Shown: positions 61,601 to 64,000 of the stretch, piece by piece
Position numbering within the stretch: position 1 is the first letter of the stretch
Layout: every line of letters starts with the position of its first letter
Source: Malacoraja senta
Taxonomy: Eukaryota
Reading direction: 5' to 3'
DNA length: 64,000 nucleotides
Assembly (NCBI GenBank): GCA_038087875.1
Contig: JAXLNO010000618.1
Location: 62,001-126,000 of the forward strand
Notes under the pieces: generated by a model
Told to the model about the DNA's origin: nothing
What the model saw: the letters and a program-made list of their open reading frames with translations, nothing else
The model's database searches: none
Program-made: the position numbers and the translations under genes

Positions 61601-64000
61601 AAGAATATTGACCGTTCCATTTATTACAAAACAACAGATTCTGTCATTTGCCATTATCATAGACCTTTCAAACATCACACAGTCATCTGCTTGAATATGT
61701 GTTACTGGAAACTATTCTAACTTCAGTTGTGAATAGCATTCATTATACTTGTCTTTCTCCAGACTGGTTAGCACTCTGCAAAAGCTTTTCTCTTTACCTC
61801 AGAAACGTGACACTGAACTTAACTGAATTGAACTGGAAGGGACGTGATTTATTCCCAGAGGTTGTGAAGGTCTTGGTGCAAACTGTGCGGTTTGATTTGG
61901 AGAAAACTGAAAGTTGCAGAAGAAATTGGATGATGATGAGGCTGGTGACTGGTGGGTTTACCTTGTGTGAAACTCAGGAGATAATTACACTCAACATTGG
62001 AATAACTGAGTATATACAGCAATGTTATTATTACATCTGCTCGTTTGCGTTCTCCTCAACCCAAAACTCACATCGTTTTAAACTGCCAAACTACCCAAAT
62101 CACAGTGGCACAGATGTTAGAGCTGCTGCCTCACAGAGGCGGAGACCAGGGTTCAATCCTGACCTCGGGTGGTCTCTGGGTGGAGATAGCACGCTCCCTG
62201 TGGCCACGAATGAGTGGGGTTGTAGGGTACTTAACCTCCATAAATTGCCTGTAGTGTGTAGGGAGCGGACGGGAAAGTGAGATAACAGAACGAGTCAAAC
62301 GGGTGATCAGAGGTCGGCACGGACAGAGGGCTGAACGGCAACTTTCCATGCTGTGTCTCAAAACTAAACTCAATCAGAACATCACTATACATGTAAGAAG
62401 ATTGACACCTACTCATCATTACAAAACAATAGATACTCTCATTCCCCAATGCCCTTGACATTTGTTATCCTCCAATAACCTTTAGAAAGATGAGGTTCCA
62501 TGTCTCAACGCATCCAATGCATGCTTGAGCTCAGTAAATTCCCATTTGCCTTTGCCGAAATAAGGTTTTACAAGATGGATTTTACGGTGACACAAACGCT
62601 TTCAACAGAAGTGATGTCTGAACCATGAGCAGGAAAGGAAGAGGGAGGTCCTGTAGTTTCATAAAACACAGAGTGAGACTGGGGAACTCAGTGTGTCGCC
62701 GTGCTTGGAGCTTTGCTGCCCAAGTCTCTGGACTCGTTCACCAGTCTCTTCCCACAAGGTAGGCGACCTTACTACAGGTTCACTTCAGGTAAAGGAGTGG
62801 TTTAAATGGGATCTAGAAACGGAACACCGTGTTCAATAATTTCTAACGTGTGATATTCCACTCCTACAACCATTCATTAGACTGTTCCAGCCTGTTCTGC
62901 TTTAGATTTTACAAGGACATAGAAACGTAATGAATAATGAAGAGAACACAAAATGCTGGAGTAACTCAGCGGGACAGGCAGTTACTCCCGCCCAGTTACT
63001 TTAGCGTTTATATTCGGTATCAAGCAGCATCTGTAGTTCCTTCCAACACGAAACTTTATCAATGTATATTTGTCTCCATTGTTTCCACTAGAAACTTAAT
63101 GAAGCTAAATTACCAGCATCTGCCATTTTACCCATTTGGGCTTTCTTCTTTGTTGCCTGGTCAATCTAATGTATCCATGCTCATGTGGATTTTATTTTTC
63201 CCATTTCTCCGGCAATCCTCTGGGACTGATTGAGGATGTTCAACGTCCTCGCCGTTCTGTTGCCCACTCAATTAAGTGAGGTACAAATGAGTTAAAACCA
63301 TTCTACCGAGAAGCAGGAAGTAAGTGGGTCAAGAATGAAAATGTCGGCGTACAGATGAGTCGTTTCAGTCAAGGCAAACCGACTGAATGTGGTTGTGAAA
63401 TCCCAGATTACAGCAGTGACAATATTCCAGTGGCAGATTCCACAGAGGAATGGTCCTTCCCCGTGTAATTGTGTGCGGTTAATTCTCAAATGGTCCGGTC
63501 CCAGGGTTTTCAAAGTGGCTGTGTTCAATACAACACTTGCCAACTAGCAATTTACTGCAGCATTTCCTTTGCAAATTATTTAGTGTTCCTGTTCCGTTCA
63601 AGATCACACGACGATGAAACATTCTTAAGTATGATTTTATAGATCATCACCACTTCAAATGGTGACATTTGTTTTAGAGAAATGCACGGTGGTTATGCGG
63701 GTTATTCTCGGAGGCTGTGAAGGTCTTGGTGCACTCTGTGAGGTTGAACTAGGAGAACACGGCAAGGTGCAGGAACAATTTGGATGCGAATGAAAATATT
63801 GGCTGGAGGTTCCTCCTTGAGTGAAATTAAAAGCTCGGGAGAAAATTAGCATTCAATATTGTACTAAGTTTGAAAATAATCTATGATCCTGATGATCAAA
63901 TGCACCTCATTTGTAACCCCCTAAACCCACCGTGATCTGATACATTTGGATATAGATTTAAACTGCAGGACCAGCTATAATGGTATATGGACATATAATG
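58689..64000 (+). repeat. Segmental duplicate of 2754-7556 (5' flank and promoter cassette of the Ig gene)
   Basis: Colinear, high identity by eye, with scattered substitutions and several indels; runs off the window end. Confidence 0.95.
62665..62758 (+). promoter_or_regulatory. Putative non-coding exon 1 of a downstream paralog; start approximate
   Basis: Near-identical to 6090-6182, with the donor at 62758|62759. Confidence 0.4.

Overview
Eukaryotic (vertebrate) genomic DNA. The repeat set (CR1, Rex1/Babar, fish-type L1, V-SINE-type tRNA SINEs, Penelope-derived hairpins, BEL and Gypsy LTR relics) suggests a cartilaginous fish, probably a skate or ray (inference). The only host gene I can support is a spliced, + strand, type I membrane immunoglobulin-superfamily gene (CDS 8971-25120, 11 coding exons, about 893 aa if my tail exon is right). 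It encodes a signal peptide, eight Ig domains arranged as two tandem V-C2-V-C2 cassettes, a TM helix and a short tail. It has several CD4/LAG-3/G6F-like hallmarks: WxC F-strands in D4/D8, juxtamembrane Cys plus basic residues, and a candidate CxCP Lck-type motif followed by SxYxxL. D1 and D5 are cysteine-free V-like domains. The gene lies in a duplicating cluster: a tandemly duplicated promoter/non-coding exon 1 cassette, an inverted upstream copy with a fold-back palindrome, an LTR-truncated leader-exon paralog at 56.2 kb, and a near-copy of the 5' flank at 58.7-64 kb that predicts another paralog just past the window end. 25.4-55.6 kb is almost entirely nested transposons and satellites. Notable items there are one of two L1 insertions with very long target-site duplications (373 bp; the other, 67 bp, is at 1.3-2.2 kb), a decayed tRNA-Asp inside a BEL element, and higher-order minisatellites. 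All exon calls and alignments were made by eye; no database searches were run.
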